A stretch of 64,000 nt of DNA from positions 221,224 to 285,223 of the forward strand of contig JAVHLC010000001.1 of the NCBI GenBank assembly GCA_031082315.1, written 5' to 3'. Positions 9,670-19,081 of the stretch are shown piece after piece; position 1 is the stretch's first letter; every line of letters begins with the position of its first letter. The notes beneath the pieces are model-generated. The model made no database searches. It was not told the DNA's origin and saw only the letters and a program-made list of their open reading frames with translations. Made by a program: the position numbers and the translations under genes. This stretch comes from Thermodesulfobacteriota bacterium. Its GTDB lineage: Bacteria > Desulfobacterota > QYQD01.

Positions 9670-12600
9670 CTAATCTATGATATTTACTCTCTTGCTCGAA
9701 CAGTCCAGCGTTATGAACCGGGAGTTGGAGACACGCTTGAAAAGAATCTCGCCGCATCCAATAGCTGCCGGCAGACCAAACTCAGCGGCCCTTATGGCCA
9801 TGTGCGAGGCAACCCCGCCGTATTGCGTAATAAGTCCTGCTATACCATGTACGAATATCCAGTCGAAGCCCGGATCAGCATTTCTTATGGCAACTATCTT
9901 TCCTTTTATGTTTTTACCCCATGTTGCGTGTTCCTCAAGAAGGATCACCTCGCCGCTGACCGTTTTAGAAGTAACAAAATTTGGTTTGCATTCAAGCAGC
10001 TCGAAGCTGTCTGAATCACCCGGCGTGCGGATGAGGTGGGGAAGCTTTATCGACTGATTGAGTTCGTACCTCTTTTTCTCGAATGAAATAAGTCGCCTAA
10101 GCTTGCTGGATATGGCGCTATGCCGGCTGTTATTGGTCCAGTTCAATATATCGTGTATAGAAAGGTGGGATAACTGGTCTTTGTCCAGTCCCCAGTAGCT
10201 ATTAAGTTTGGTGATCCACTCCAATGCAAGATTTACATTCTTGGTAAATTCGAACTTCGCAAATTCTCTTCCGCTGACCGCAGCGAAAATAAATTCCCGA
10301 AGCTGCGAAGGAGTGCATTTCATCCCGTTTTCATTGAGCATGTCTTCTATTTGGGAGAATTTTGTTTCCAGCAATTCCCATGCAGAAGATACCGCCTTCA
10401 GGCAGTTTCCGGAAGAGCGTTTGCCTATAGCCGGATTCAAATAAACATGTGCGGCCTCACGGTAATTGGGTGAAAGGATGTCATATGTTCCCGGCCGCAG
10501 GTGTCCGTACTTTCCAAGAAATTCCTCCCTGGACATACTGCCATTCAGCGTTAATTCCAGTGCATCTGCTATCTCGGTGGCGATAGTGGGAATATGCAAA
10601 CAAGCTTCATATTCCTCCTCCGTAAGCACTTCCTTGTTCTTCAAAGAGCGGAGGATTGCAAGCGCAATAAATCCATACCTGGCCAGAATACTGAATGGCA
10701 GGGTCCCATACCGGGAGCAGTCGTCCAATAATTGTTTAATCCTTGCCGGCATGGCTACCCTGCTGTCAGATGCCCCGATAAGGAGCACCCGCCTTCTCTC
10801 CATTTCCTTCAGGGCGTCCAGTTGCCGGCCGATCGGCATTATTTCACCTTTTATTATCCTATCCGTCTGTATAAGCAATGCCCGTTTAAGCTCTTCAATC
10901 TCTGACGCCGCAAGTCCCATTGAAAACAGGCGCCTGGAGTGTTCATCGAAGTCAAATGTAAAGCAGGTAACAGCAACTTCAAATTCTATTTTGTCGTGAT
11001 ATTCCGGGTTTTCAGCCAGATAACCGAGGTAACCATTAACGCATTTCTCTGCCGTCGCCCCGCTCACTTCGGCGGGGATGAAAGAGTTAAAGCTGACCCT
11101 CAGATCTATATATGGCTGCCCTGAAACCACAATCATAAGAGGAGACGGATAGGTATCCCTGTAACCTATCAATTTTCTAGCCTCTCCCCACACCCTGTCC
11201 GTAATCAGGTAATGGTAAAGCGAGATCGCCAGCAACCGTGGATGGGTGCCGATCATCTCCGCCGGGTTCCAGTCTGACATGTTGCTCAGAAGAGATGATT
11301 TGCCAAGCAGGTTTGTACTTAATTGAAAGGCCTCGGCCACAATCCTCTTTGCTTCCGTTATTTCAAAATCAAAATCATCGTCCGTAGGAATAAAATGCCG
11401 GCGCTTGGCGGCAATAGGCCGCACTTGCAGTACATATATACGACCGCTTTCATGCATGGCAAACTCAATGTCCAGTGAGTCATAACCAACCAGTGTTTCC
11501 ACTTCCCTTGCCATTTCTATAACTGACAAAAGCCTTTCATCGAGAGCGGAGAGGTCTCCTTTCTTATAGGCTAAAACGGTTTTAAGACCGTCGCTTGTGC
11601 CCGCAGTAACGGTGTCTGTTCGTTCCGTAACATGATAATTGATCACGTAATAGGGAGCACGTGTTTCAATGTCCCTTGTAAAAAGAACCCCACACATCAC
11701 AGTAGAATCAACAAAAGGCTGTATCAGCACCTGGTTGCCATCCTCCTCGGCGCCGTTTTCTCTGTAACTTGCTATGACCTTCTCGACGGCCTGCTTAATG
11801 TGCCGGGTAGAACCCGCATCAACATCAAGCACGCTTTTAAAACGTCCGGCGTTGGATGCCAACCATGCATCTTCCACCAAAGCGGAGCTCCTTACGACCA
11901 GTCGTTCAGTCTTTAAATGTGATCCAATTTTTTCTAAGACGGGCCCTTGCGCCGTCTGCCATTCCCTGACAGTGAATCTTACCTGGTCGAGAATCACGGC
12001 TGTTTTTAATAAAGGCTGTAAACGCTCAAGAGTTTGCGCCTTGCTCCCCAGAACAAAGCGGGCCAGTTCTCCGGGCCGGGTTAAAGAGGACCAATAGCCG
12101 GTAAGATCGACAAGCTGTACATCCACACCAGCTTCCAGCAGTTCCCGGACGAGGTCATGCAATTCAAGTGTCAGGTCCTTTTTTGTCAGCTCTTTAGCCT
12201 TATCAATCAGCGCTCCTGCACCGACATATGAGCATTTAATTAGTCCGGCGAATCTTATCTTTTTTCCCGCCTTATTGGGATAAAACAATACATGTTCGGT
12301 TAACTCCCCCGTCCCTCCCTCTGTTACAGGCTCGATACCAAATACAAGATCGGCCCTTTCTTTCAACAATGCCTTGACCGCTTTTGGACGGAATACACTC
12401 CTGCCGTCAATTACCAACCCGCCTTTTCGTACAAGATATTCCGCATCAAGCAGAGCCTTGAGAGTCCCTTCCTTCTCCCAGTTAGAGTGAAAATGGTAAT
12501 GCAGGTCCGGATATTGCTGAACCACCTTTTCCATGTGGTAGCCGCCTATGTATGTTATGGAAGATATCCCTTCTTTCTTTAAGGCGGCAATGTTCCAATC

Positions 12601-12708
12601 CAGCGCCGATTCATTGCTGCGTATCTTTTTAAGCGAAGTTGGATAACTCTTTTTTGAGTCCAGGAAGCGTACGCCGTAAGAGGAGTCAATTATTATCGTA
12701 TTGATCAT
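9670..12708 (-). CDS. PEP-utilising enzyme family protein (PEP synthase / pyruvate-phosphate-dikinase-like phosphotransferase) with extra N-terminal domain
   Basis: 1012 aa. Central PPDK_N/ATP-grasp-like region (RSSALVEDAWLASNAGRFKSV) and C-terminal PEP-utiliser mobile His domain (GGVASHMAIRAAEFGLPAAIGCG). The N-terminal ~250 aa form an additional nucleotide-binding-like domain. Confidence 0.6.
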   Translation of the reverse strand: MINTIIIDSSYGVRFLDSKKSYPTSLKKIRSNESALDWNIAALKKEGISSITYIGGYHMEKVVQQYPDLHYHFHSNWEKEGTLKALLDAEYLVRKGGLVIDGRSVFRPKAVKALLKERADLVFGIEPVTEGGTGELTEHVLFYPNKAGKKIRFAGLIKCSYVGAGALIDKAKELTKKDLTLELHDLVRELLEAGVDVQLVDLTGYWSSLTRPGELARFVLGSKAQTLERLQPLLKTAVILDQVRFTVREWQTAQGPVLEKIGSHLKTERLVVRSSALVEDAWLASNAGRFKSVLDVDAGSTRHIKQAVEKVIASYRENGAEEDGNQVLIQPFVDSTVMCGVLFTRDIETRAPYYVINYHVTERTDTVTAGTSDGLKTVLAYKKGDLSALDERLLSVIEMAREVETLVGYDSLDIEFAMHESGRIYVLQVRPIAAKRRHFIPTDDDFDFEITEAKRIVAEAFQLSTNLLGKSSLLSNMSDWNPAEMIGTHPRLLAISLYHYLITDRVWGEARKLIGYRDTYPSPLMIVVSGQPYIDLRVSFNSFIPAEVSGATAEKCVNGYLGYLAENPEYHDKIEFEVAVTCFTFDFDEHSRRLFSMGLAASEIEELKRALLIQTDRIIKGEIMPIGRQLDALKEMERRRVLLIGASDSRVAMPARIKQLLDDCSRYGTLPFSILARYGFIALAILRSLKNKEVLTEEEYEACLHIPTIATEIADALELTLNGSMSREEFLGKYGHLRPGTYDILSPNYREAAHVYLNPAIGKRSSGNCLKAVSSAWELLETKFSQIEDMLNENGMKCTPSQLREFIFAAVSGREFAKFEFTKNVNLALEWITKLNSYWGLDKDQLSHLSIHDILNWTNNSRHSAISSKLRRLISFEKKRYELNQSIKLPHLIRTPGDSDSFELLECKPNFVTSKTVSGEVILLEEHATWGKNIKGKIVAIRNADPGFDWIFVHGIAGLITQYGGVASHMAIRAAEFGLPAAIGCGEILFKRVSNSRFITLDCSSKRVNIID

Positions 12709-12747
12709 TGCTGCATCAGGGGCAAACGATAGCGGGTTGCCAACAGT

Positions 12748-13776
12748 CTAACCATTTACAAGACTTTTTGATGTCCGATAGATGCCCTGCATGGTTTTGA
12801 AAACGTTTAACCTTATAAATATTAACAGCAAAAATTCCCGCATGGGGAGATGCTTTAAGGTGTGGATATTCGCTTTTGGATATTTCCAGTAAAAGAATGG
12901 TCGAAATTGCGAAAGCGCATAGCTAAGGCAATCGATTTCCTTCTTATCCAGACTATCTTTATGTGATCCTATAGGCTCTCTGGAGATACCGTTAAATTTA
13001 ATGTTTTGCTGTGAATTTCCTGACCACGGTATGCCATAGCTTGTTGGTGTTTTTAAAGAATCGTGGAAAGATATTTTTAGAAAGTCACATATCTTTTTAA
13101 TATTTTCTTCCTGGCCTTCCAGCAAGTCTTCAAACCGAATGATCATTATCCTTTGGGGATTTCTTTTCTTCAACCATACAATTTTTCTACTTGATTCAAG
13201 CCACTCGTTACAGAACGAAACGGCCGTAACGACACCGCCTTTCTTCTTCATTTTTTTCCGGTACGAGGCGAAATTATCATAAGGGTCCCGCACTAAGTGT
13301 ATAGCTTTTGCATTGGGATACCATTTGAAAAAAAGATCCAGATAAAGCTCGTTGCCATGGGTCTTTTCAATCCACATCTTCGGTTTTGTGCCTTTAAACC
13401 GGGACTTCTCATAAAAGCTCTTTAATAAACTCAATTGCAGGCTTTTTGCCGATTCTCCATCCCAATTCTCCTTAATACTATGACTAAACGCTTCAAAATC
13501 AAAATCGTTATAGTCACGATCCCCGCCTGCTAGAGATGCTCTTTTATGATGAAGACTGTAGATACCTGTTTCCGGCCCGGATGTTAAAAATTTTTCTATA
13601 TTGAAATCATTTACAAACAAACCGTCACGTCTTATTATAGCCCGAAGGTTTGTTTCAACAGGCATAACAAGAAGTTCAGGATGGCCATCTAAAATGTTCC
13701 TCAAAAGAGTTGTTCCGGATGTAGCATGGCCGGTAATAAAAACAGGGTGGTCTAAAAATCCATACTCTGACATCAT
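12748..13776 (-). CDS. PAPS-dependent sulfotransferase
   Basis: 342 aa. 5'-PSB-like FITGHATSGTTLL and classic 3'-PB motif HLVRDPYDNFAS. Confidence 0.7.
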   Translation of the reverse strand: MMSEYGFLDHPVFITGHATSGTTLLRNILDGHPELLVMPVETNLRAIIRRDGLFVNDFNIEKFLTSGPETGIYSLHHKRASLAGGDRDYNDFDFEAFSHSIKENWDGESAKSLQLSLLKSFYEKSRFKGTKPKMWIEKTHGNELYLDLFFKWYPNAKAIHLVRDPYDNFASYRKKMKKKGGVVTAVSFCNEWLESSRKIVWLKKRNPQRIMIIRFEDLLEGQEENIKKICDFLKISFHDSLKTPTSYGIPWSGNSQQNIKFNGISREPIGSHKDSLDKKEIDCLSYALSQFRPFFYWKYPKANIHTLKHLPMREFLLLIFIRLNVFKTMQGIYRTSKSLVNG

Positions 13777-13779
13777 GCT

Positions 13780-15213
13780 TCAATTCAGCCCTGCTGATTT
13801 TCCATCGGCAACGCTTTCTATTAACTTTGCAACCCGCAAACCTGCCTTCCCATCGTTAAACGGGTTGTACTTCAGTTGCAATTCGTTTCTCTGTTTTGAT
13901 TTTTCCTTTGGATGTTTCAGCGCATTTTTTATAAGCTCAACGAGATTTGACGGGGATGAAGCTATATCGGGCGCTCCTGTGGCCATCATCGGCTGATAGC
14001 AGGGATATTCAAGCTCATGCCTTCCAAACTCATCCTGCTCGCTGCCTTTCAGACCTGTCCACTCGTATATAGGCCAGATGATCGGCTTATCAAAATATAC
14101 GGAGTCAAGTGTAATTGTTGATGCGTAGTTGATTATCACGTCGCTGTGCTTCAAAAGGTTTCCAAGGTGGTAAAGAGAGGACGGATCGTTCTTCCATCTG
14201 TGATCCGGCCTTATACTTGGAAAGCACGAGCTATCGGGCACATCGTATATAACATCGGGTATCGGCCCAAGAGTATGACAGTACTGAAGCCTTGTAAGAC
14301 CATGTATTTCACGGATAATCAATTGTGCTTTTTCCGCAAATCCTCCGTTCTGAATAGTCTCAATAATTGATCTGATGTTTTCGCTTTCCTTGTAGTTTGA
14401 ATATTTGCCGCCCCTCGATATATACGTGATGACTTTTTTTGAAGGATCCGCCCCGATGCTTTTTAAAAACGCCGAACGTTCCATAAGCCAGTCATCGTTA
14501 AGGAGGTAATCATGTTGTGGAATGCCTACCGTAAGCACGCTTTCCTCTTTTAACTGAGGATAAAGATAGAGCATCTCGCTTCTCATGATTTCATTCCAGA
14601 CAGTAATATAATCGGCGGGTTCCAGTATTCTCCCTTTCGCTGTAAGGTTATCCCAGCTATGTATCATGCTTATGGTCGGAATGCGGCGATGTTTTGCGTT
14701 AATGACCAACTGCACATCGCCGTCAACGAAGGGGTGTGATGAAAACAAGGCTGAGGGCTTATATTCGTCTATCATATTTTGGTAGTAGGGGCTGATGTAA
14801 ATCTTGCGGACGTAATCAACAGCCCGGCGGTTTAAGAAGGGAAACAGGATAAATATTTTTCCGAAAATGCGATTGAAAAGTTCATCACGTTTGTTAAACT
14901 TGTCTTTCAAAATCAGGTTCAGGGGAACTCCGTGAAAAGACTTCCCGTTGTAAAAGTAGTAGCGGTCTCCATAACGATAAATTCTGAAAATCAGCTTATT
15001 AAGCAAGCTTTTTTTAATTTCAAACACCGATGGTTTAATAACAACGTTTTCTCTTTTAAACTCTTTGTTAAACTCAGGATCATCTGCCATGCTTGAGAAA
15101 ATAACAGTCCTGAACCTGGATGCAAGGTAGTCATAGAAGGGATTGCGGAGGAAGTTCCGGGCAGACATAGGATACGGTAACGAAAGAAATATAGTTTTCT
15201 GCCCGGACATCAC
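13780..15213 (-). CDS. hypothetical protein, possibly TagB/TagF-like CDP-alcohol glycerophosphotransferase family
   Basis: 477 aa, soluble. Weak resemblance to TagF C-terminal motifs (KKVITYISRGG...; YASTITLDSVYFDKPII). Confidence 0.3.
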   Translation of the reverse strand: MMSGQKTIFLSLPYPMSARNFLRNPFYDYLASRFRTVIFSSMADDPEFNKEFKRENVVIKPSVFEIKKSLLNKLIFRIYRYGDRYYFYNGKSFHGVPLNLILKDKFNKRDELFNRIFGKIFILFPFLNRRAVDYVRKIYISPYYQNMIDEYKPSALFSSHPFVDGDVQLVINAKHRRIPTISMIHSWDNLTAKGRILEPADYITVWNEIMRSEMLYLYPQLKEESVLTVGIPQHDYLLNDDWLMERSAFLKSIGADPSKKVITYISRGGKYSNYKESENIRSIIETIQNGGFAEKAQLIIREIHGLTRLQYCHTLGPIPDVIYDVPDSSCFPSIRPDHRWKNDPSSLYHLGNLLKHSDVIINYASTITLDSVYFDKPIIWPIYEWTGLKGSEQDEFGRHELEYPCYQPMMATGAPDIASSPSNLVELIKNALKHPKEKSKQRNELQLKYNPFNDGKAGLRVAKLIESVADGKSAGLN

Positions 15214-15286
15214 CGTCGCCCTTTTGTGTCAATGGTCTGCGCCTTTACGCGACAGTCAAACCTGTTGTCCGCACATCTCATTCCGC

Positions 15287-16438
15287 TCACCCCTTATTTC
15301 CTCGCACGAAATCCATGAACCTTTCTTTCACTTGCACAGGGCTCAGGTTTGGTCTGCCAAGGTCGGAAGCCGCTCCGCTTTTGACTTTCACATGGACGAT
15401 GTGAGGCCCGGGTGACGCGCACGCCCTTTTGATCTCTTTCTCCAGTTCCTCTCTCTCATAAACTGTTACCGCCGATGCAAAACCGCATGCTATCGCTATT
15501 TCAGGAAAATTTACGGAGCCGGACAAGGTCTGCTGGCCACCGGTAGATTCGTATGCCTCATTATCCAGCAAGAAGTGAATGTAATTGGAGGGAGCAAAAT
15601 GACCTATTGAAACCCACGACTCCAGGCGCATAAGCGCCGCTCCATCACCGTCAAGAACGGCGACTCTTTTTCCCGGCTGATACATGGCAAGCCCGAGTCC
15701 GATGCTGGACGCGCATCCCATTGAGCCCACAATGTACATCTGGTTAGGGAGGTCATGCATCGCAAATAGCTCTCTTGATATCTTTCCCGTGGTAGAAACA
15801 ACCATGGTCTGCATCCCCAGAAGCCCCGTGATTATCTCAATCGCTCCCGCACGGCGCAATCTGAGATCACCTCTTTTAGCACACGGGATCAGTTTCCCCC
15901 TGTAAAGGCGCTTGCCCTCATTTTTTGCAGTCTCTACTTTTTCAACCGAGTCCTTACGCATTATGAAAGAGTAGGGGAGACCGCTTTTTTCCATTGTATC
16001 CAGCGCGGCATCTATGCCCTTTTCAATGTTTTCTTCCTTGTCTGGAAAGAAATCGTTTTTCACTTTCATTATGTCCAGCATATCAACCGTTATTTTTCCC
16101 ATTAGCTCATGTTGTGGTTCATCCTTTATCCCGGTTTCTCCACGCAGGGTTATAATCATCAAAATAGGAATCCGATAAACGTAATTCAGAGAGGTTAACG
16201 GGCTCACACAATTCCCCAGCCCGGAGTTCTGCATCATTACAACCGGGCGCTTTCCGGCAAGATAGGCGCCGGTTGCCACGGCAACCGCTTCTCCCTCATT
16301 GTTTACCGGGAGATATTCCAACTTTTCCGATTTAATAGCATAATTGATCAACGGTTTTATAAAGGAGCAGGGAACACCAATAAACGGATTTTGCCCTTTT
16401 GAATTAAGGAGTTCTAAAAAATTACCAGCCCTAATCAA
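15287..16438 (-). CDS. phosphonopyruvate decarboxylase (TPP-dependent, fused alpha/beta)
   Basis: 383 aa two-domain TPP enzyme with the GDG(X)n-N motif (LDGDGAALMRLESW). The size and context, next to a PEP mutase and an AEP transaminase, fit Ppd/AepY. Confidence 0.7.
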   Translation of the reverse strand: MIRAGNFLELLNSKGQNPFIGVPCSFIKPLINYAIKSEKLEYLPVNNEGEAVAVATGAYLAGKRPVVMMQNSGLGNCVSPLTSLNYVYRIPILMIITLRGETGIKDEPQHELMGKITVDMLDIMKVKNDFFPDKEENIEKGIDAALDTMEKSGLPYSFIMRKDSVEKVETAKNEGKRLYRGKLIPCAKRGDLRLRRAGAIEIITGLLGMQTMVVSTTGKISRELFAMHDLPNQMYIVGSMGCASSIGLGLAMYQPGKRVAVLDGDGAALMRLESWVSIGHFAPSNYIHFLLDNEAYESTGGQQTLSGSVNFPEIAIACGFASAVTVYEREELEKEIKRACASPGPHIVHVKVKSGAASDLGRPNLSPVQVKERFMDFVRGNKG

Positions 16439-17601
16439 TGTAAGGCCTCCATAGGCATCGTTATCCCCATCTGTCCAAGAGTCTCCTCAAGTGCATTCAA
16501 AAAATTAATCACATCACCTTTATCTATTGCGCCCATGTTTGCAATTCTGAATGTATCCATTTTGCTTATTTTCCCGGGATAAATCGTAAAGCCACGTTGA
16601 TAGAGCATATCGTGGAGTTTTTCAAAACTAAAATAAGGGCTTGCAGGGAAATAGACAGTGGTCAGTATCCGCGACTGCAGGCCTTCAGGCAACAAAAACC
16701 TGAAGCCTAACTTACGCAAGCCGTCTGTAAGGGTATGCCAGTTTTCCGAATATCGTCTATGGCGAAAAATTCCCCCCCCTTCTTCGAAATACTCTTTTAA
16801 TGCCTGTCTGAGTGCATATACCAACTGTACGGGGGGTGTAAAGGTCATCTCTCTTTTTTCTTCCCAGTAGCGGTACTGCCGGTAAAGATTCAGGTAAAAA
16901 GAACGCGGCGGTATCTCTGAGAGTTTATCCAGCGGTTCTTTTCTGGCGATCACGAAAGAAAGGCCCGCCATTCCTTGAATACACTTGTTTGATGTTGACA
17001 TTATGTAGTCAATTTCATGCCTTTTGACATCAATCGGGATCCCTGCATAAGAGCTTATGGCGTCAATGATAACCTCGCGTCCCAGCCTTTTTGCGATAGC
17101 GCAGACGTCTTCCAGCGGGTTGAGCATCCCGGTAGAGGTCTCATGGTGAACCATCGCTACGTGCGTAACATCTTTGTTTTCAATCAATACTTTTTCCAGC
17201 AAAAGCAGGTCCGGCGGGTCAGTCCACCTGAAAGACAGCTCAAGAAAACCTATGCCATACGCTTCGGCTATTTTCACCATCCGCTCGCCGTATGCTCCGT
17301 TGTTGATAATCAATACTCTCTTCCCCGGTTTTATTGTGGAGTTGATCGTCGCGTCCATGACGGCAGTACCCGAGCCCGAGAAAAGCACGCAAGCGTATCT
17401 TTCGTCAGCGCCTACAACTTCCAAAAGGCCACGCCGAACTTCCTCCATAATTATGGAAAAATCTTTTTCGCGGGGGCAGATATCCGGCACAACCAATGAC
17501 AGCTTCACGCTGTCTGTGGTAGTGGCAGGTCCGGGATTAAGAAGTATGTTCCGTTTTATGTTTAACCCCATGGGATGATGCTCCTTTTTTTTCTGCGGCA
17601 A
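16435..17601 (-). CDS. 2-aminoethylphosphonate:pyruvate aminotransferase-like (class V PLP aminotransferase)
   Basis: 388 aa. NILLNPGPATT start and the PLP-lysine region MSTSNKCIQG of class V aminotransferases. Context is a phosphonate cluster. The start may be the internal Met (MGLNIK). Confidence 0.65.
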   Translation of the reverse strand: MPQKKKEHHPMGLNIKRNILLNPGPATTTDSVKLSLVVPDICPREKDFSIIMEEVRRGLLEVVGADERYACVLFSGSGTAVMDATINSTIKPGKRVLIINNGAYGERMVKIAEAYGIGFLELSFRWTDPPDLLLLEKVLIENKDVTHVAMVHHETSTGMLNPLEDVCAIAKRLGREVIIDAISSYAGIPIDVKRHEIDYIMSTSNKCIQGMAGLSFVIARKEPLDKLSEIPPRSFYLNLYRQYRYWEEKREMTFTPPVQLVYALRQALKEYFEEGGGIFRHRRYSENWHTLTDGLRKLGFRFLLPEGLQSRILTTVYFPASPYFSFEKLHDMLYQRGFTIYPGKISKMDTFRIANMGAIDKGDVINFLNALEETLGQMGITMPMEALH

Positions 17602-18298
17602 GGCCTTGCGCCGTTAGTACATCTTCGGGAAAATCTATCTCTACCCACTTAAGACCATCAACTGCTACATATGATATCGGGCACACATCAAACATCTCTG
17701 AAAACAAGAATTCATAACCGATATTCCTTTCTCCCTCTTCCACTTTCCGTTCCAAAAGGGAAGACATTTTGTCGGCAACTGCTGCAGAGAGCCGGGTGAA
17801 TCCGACCATTTCGCCTAGGACGGTAAAATTTCCTTTTAGACCCCTTGCCTGTGCCACCGCCCTGTCTCCGTCAAAACCTACCATCACCGCTTCGCCATCG
17901 TTTATTGAAGTGGTATCAAGCAGAAAGAAATCCTTCTTAGGTGAAGAAAATATCATGTCTAATATCTCCTCCACAAAATACACATCGGCATCCATTATCA
18001 ACACATCATCGTTTAGCTCTTTTCTTGCGTGCCAAAGGGAGAGTATGCTTCCTTCCTCAAAATCAGGATTTACCACTATCTTGACCCTATCCCCAAAACC
18101 TGACTCTTTAACCTCCGTTTCCAATTTTTCATGCTTATATCCCGCCACGAGAATTATATCCCTTACATTAAAGGCATCAAGAACCCTCATATAGCGTCTA
18201 AGCAAGGTCTCTCCATCGATTTGTAAAAGACATTTAGGCTCGTTTGTATATTGCCCTAACCGCTTTCCTACACCGGCAGCCAGAATAATTGCTTTCAT
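17537..18298 (-). CDS. LicC-like cytidylyltransferase (phosphocholine / phosphonate cytidylyltransferase family)
   Basis: 253 aa. MKAIILAAGVGKRLGQYTNEPKCLLQIDGETLL nucleotidyltransferase signature. Confidence 0.6.
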   Translation of the reverse strand: MKAIILAAGVGKRLGQYTNEPKCLLQIDGETLLRRYMRVLDAFNVRDIILVAGYKHEKLETEVKESGFGDRVKIVVNPDFEEGSILSLWHARKELNDDVLIMDADVYFVEEILDMIFSSPKKDFFLLDTTSINDGEAVMVGFDGDRAVAQARGLKGNFTVLGEMVGFTRLSAAVADKMSSLLERKVEEGERNIGYEFLFSEMFDVCPISYVAVDGLKWVEIDFPEDVLTAQGLAAEKKGASSHGVKHKTEHTS

Positions 18299-18324
18299 AT
18301 CCCGCCTATAACCTTCGTAAAATT

Positions 18325-19050
18325 CTATCTAACCCAAACTGATACATGGAATCTGAACCTGGCGTTGCCGTATTTTTCCTCTGGCCATTCAAGGATCGCG
18401 GCCCTCAAACCATACGATTTGAAGAAATCCGTAAAAAATCCCTTCGTGAAATAGAGATGGCTAAAATCCCCTTCAGATCCTGTCCGGTAGTTCTTCCCAT
18501 CGCTCTCCGCCAGGGACTTGCGCCTTCCCTCGCTCTCTTCTTTTTTTTCCATGTCCGGCACATCGGATATCAGAAGCCCTCCTCCCTTTTTAAGAACACG
18601 CAGCATCTCTGCCATAACTTCCTTTGCGTAATCTTCGTGAGGAAAGTAGTGAAAAACCCCGTGCGATAATACCCTTGAAAAAGAGCCGTCGGGAAATGGT
18701 ATTGAAGAGGCTTCTGAAACTTTTATCTCGGCATCCGGTACGGCTTTTTGGGCAATGCTGACAAGCGGAGCGGAGTAATCTATTCCCGCCAGATTCAGGT
18801 TCATGGCAGAAAGAGGCAACAGCATTGCGCCGGAACCACAGCCAACTTCAAGCAGTGAATCGGCTTCATAGAGTTTCAAGCTGGCCTTAATATTCTCAAC
18901 TCGTTCCGTCCACATCTTCTCATCCATCTTTCCTGCCCCACCATCAAAGCCGTCAGCAGTGATCAGCTCGGAAAGGGTGATGCCTTTAGCTTCCCGCCCC
19001 TTTCTTTCCCAGACGTTTTTCCAGCTTTCAAACCTTTTTTCCCTTTTCAT
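18325..19050 (-). CDS. class I SAM-dependent methyltransferase
   Basis: 241 aa. Motif I LLEVGCGSGAML. Confidence 0.6.
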   Translation of the reverse strand: MKREKRFESWKNVWERKGREAKGITLSELITADGFDGGAGKMDEKMWTERVENIKASLKLYEADSLLEVGCGSGAMLLPLSAMNLNLAGIDYSAPLVSIAQKAVPDAEIKVSEASSIPFPDGSFSRVLSHGVFHYFPHEDYAKEVMAEMLRVLKKGGGLLISDVPDMEKKEESEGRRKSLAESDGKNYRTGSEGDFSHLYFTKGFFTDFFKSYGLRAAILEWPEEKYGNARFRFHVSVWVR

Positions 19051-19081
19051 CTCTCCTTATCCTTTTACAGAATTCCTGATT

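Noticed and set aside
10466-10999. 177-aa plus-strand ORF
   Set aside because: Entirely antisense within the PEP-utilising enzyme gene. Shadow ORF.
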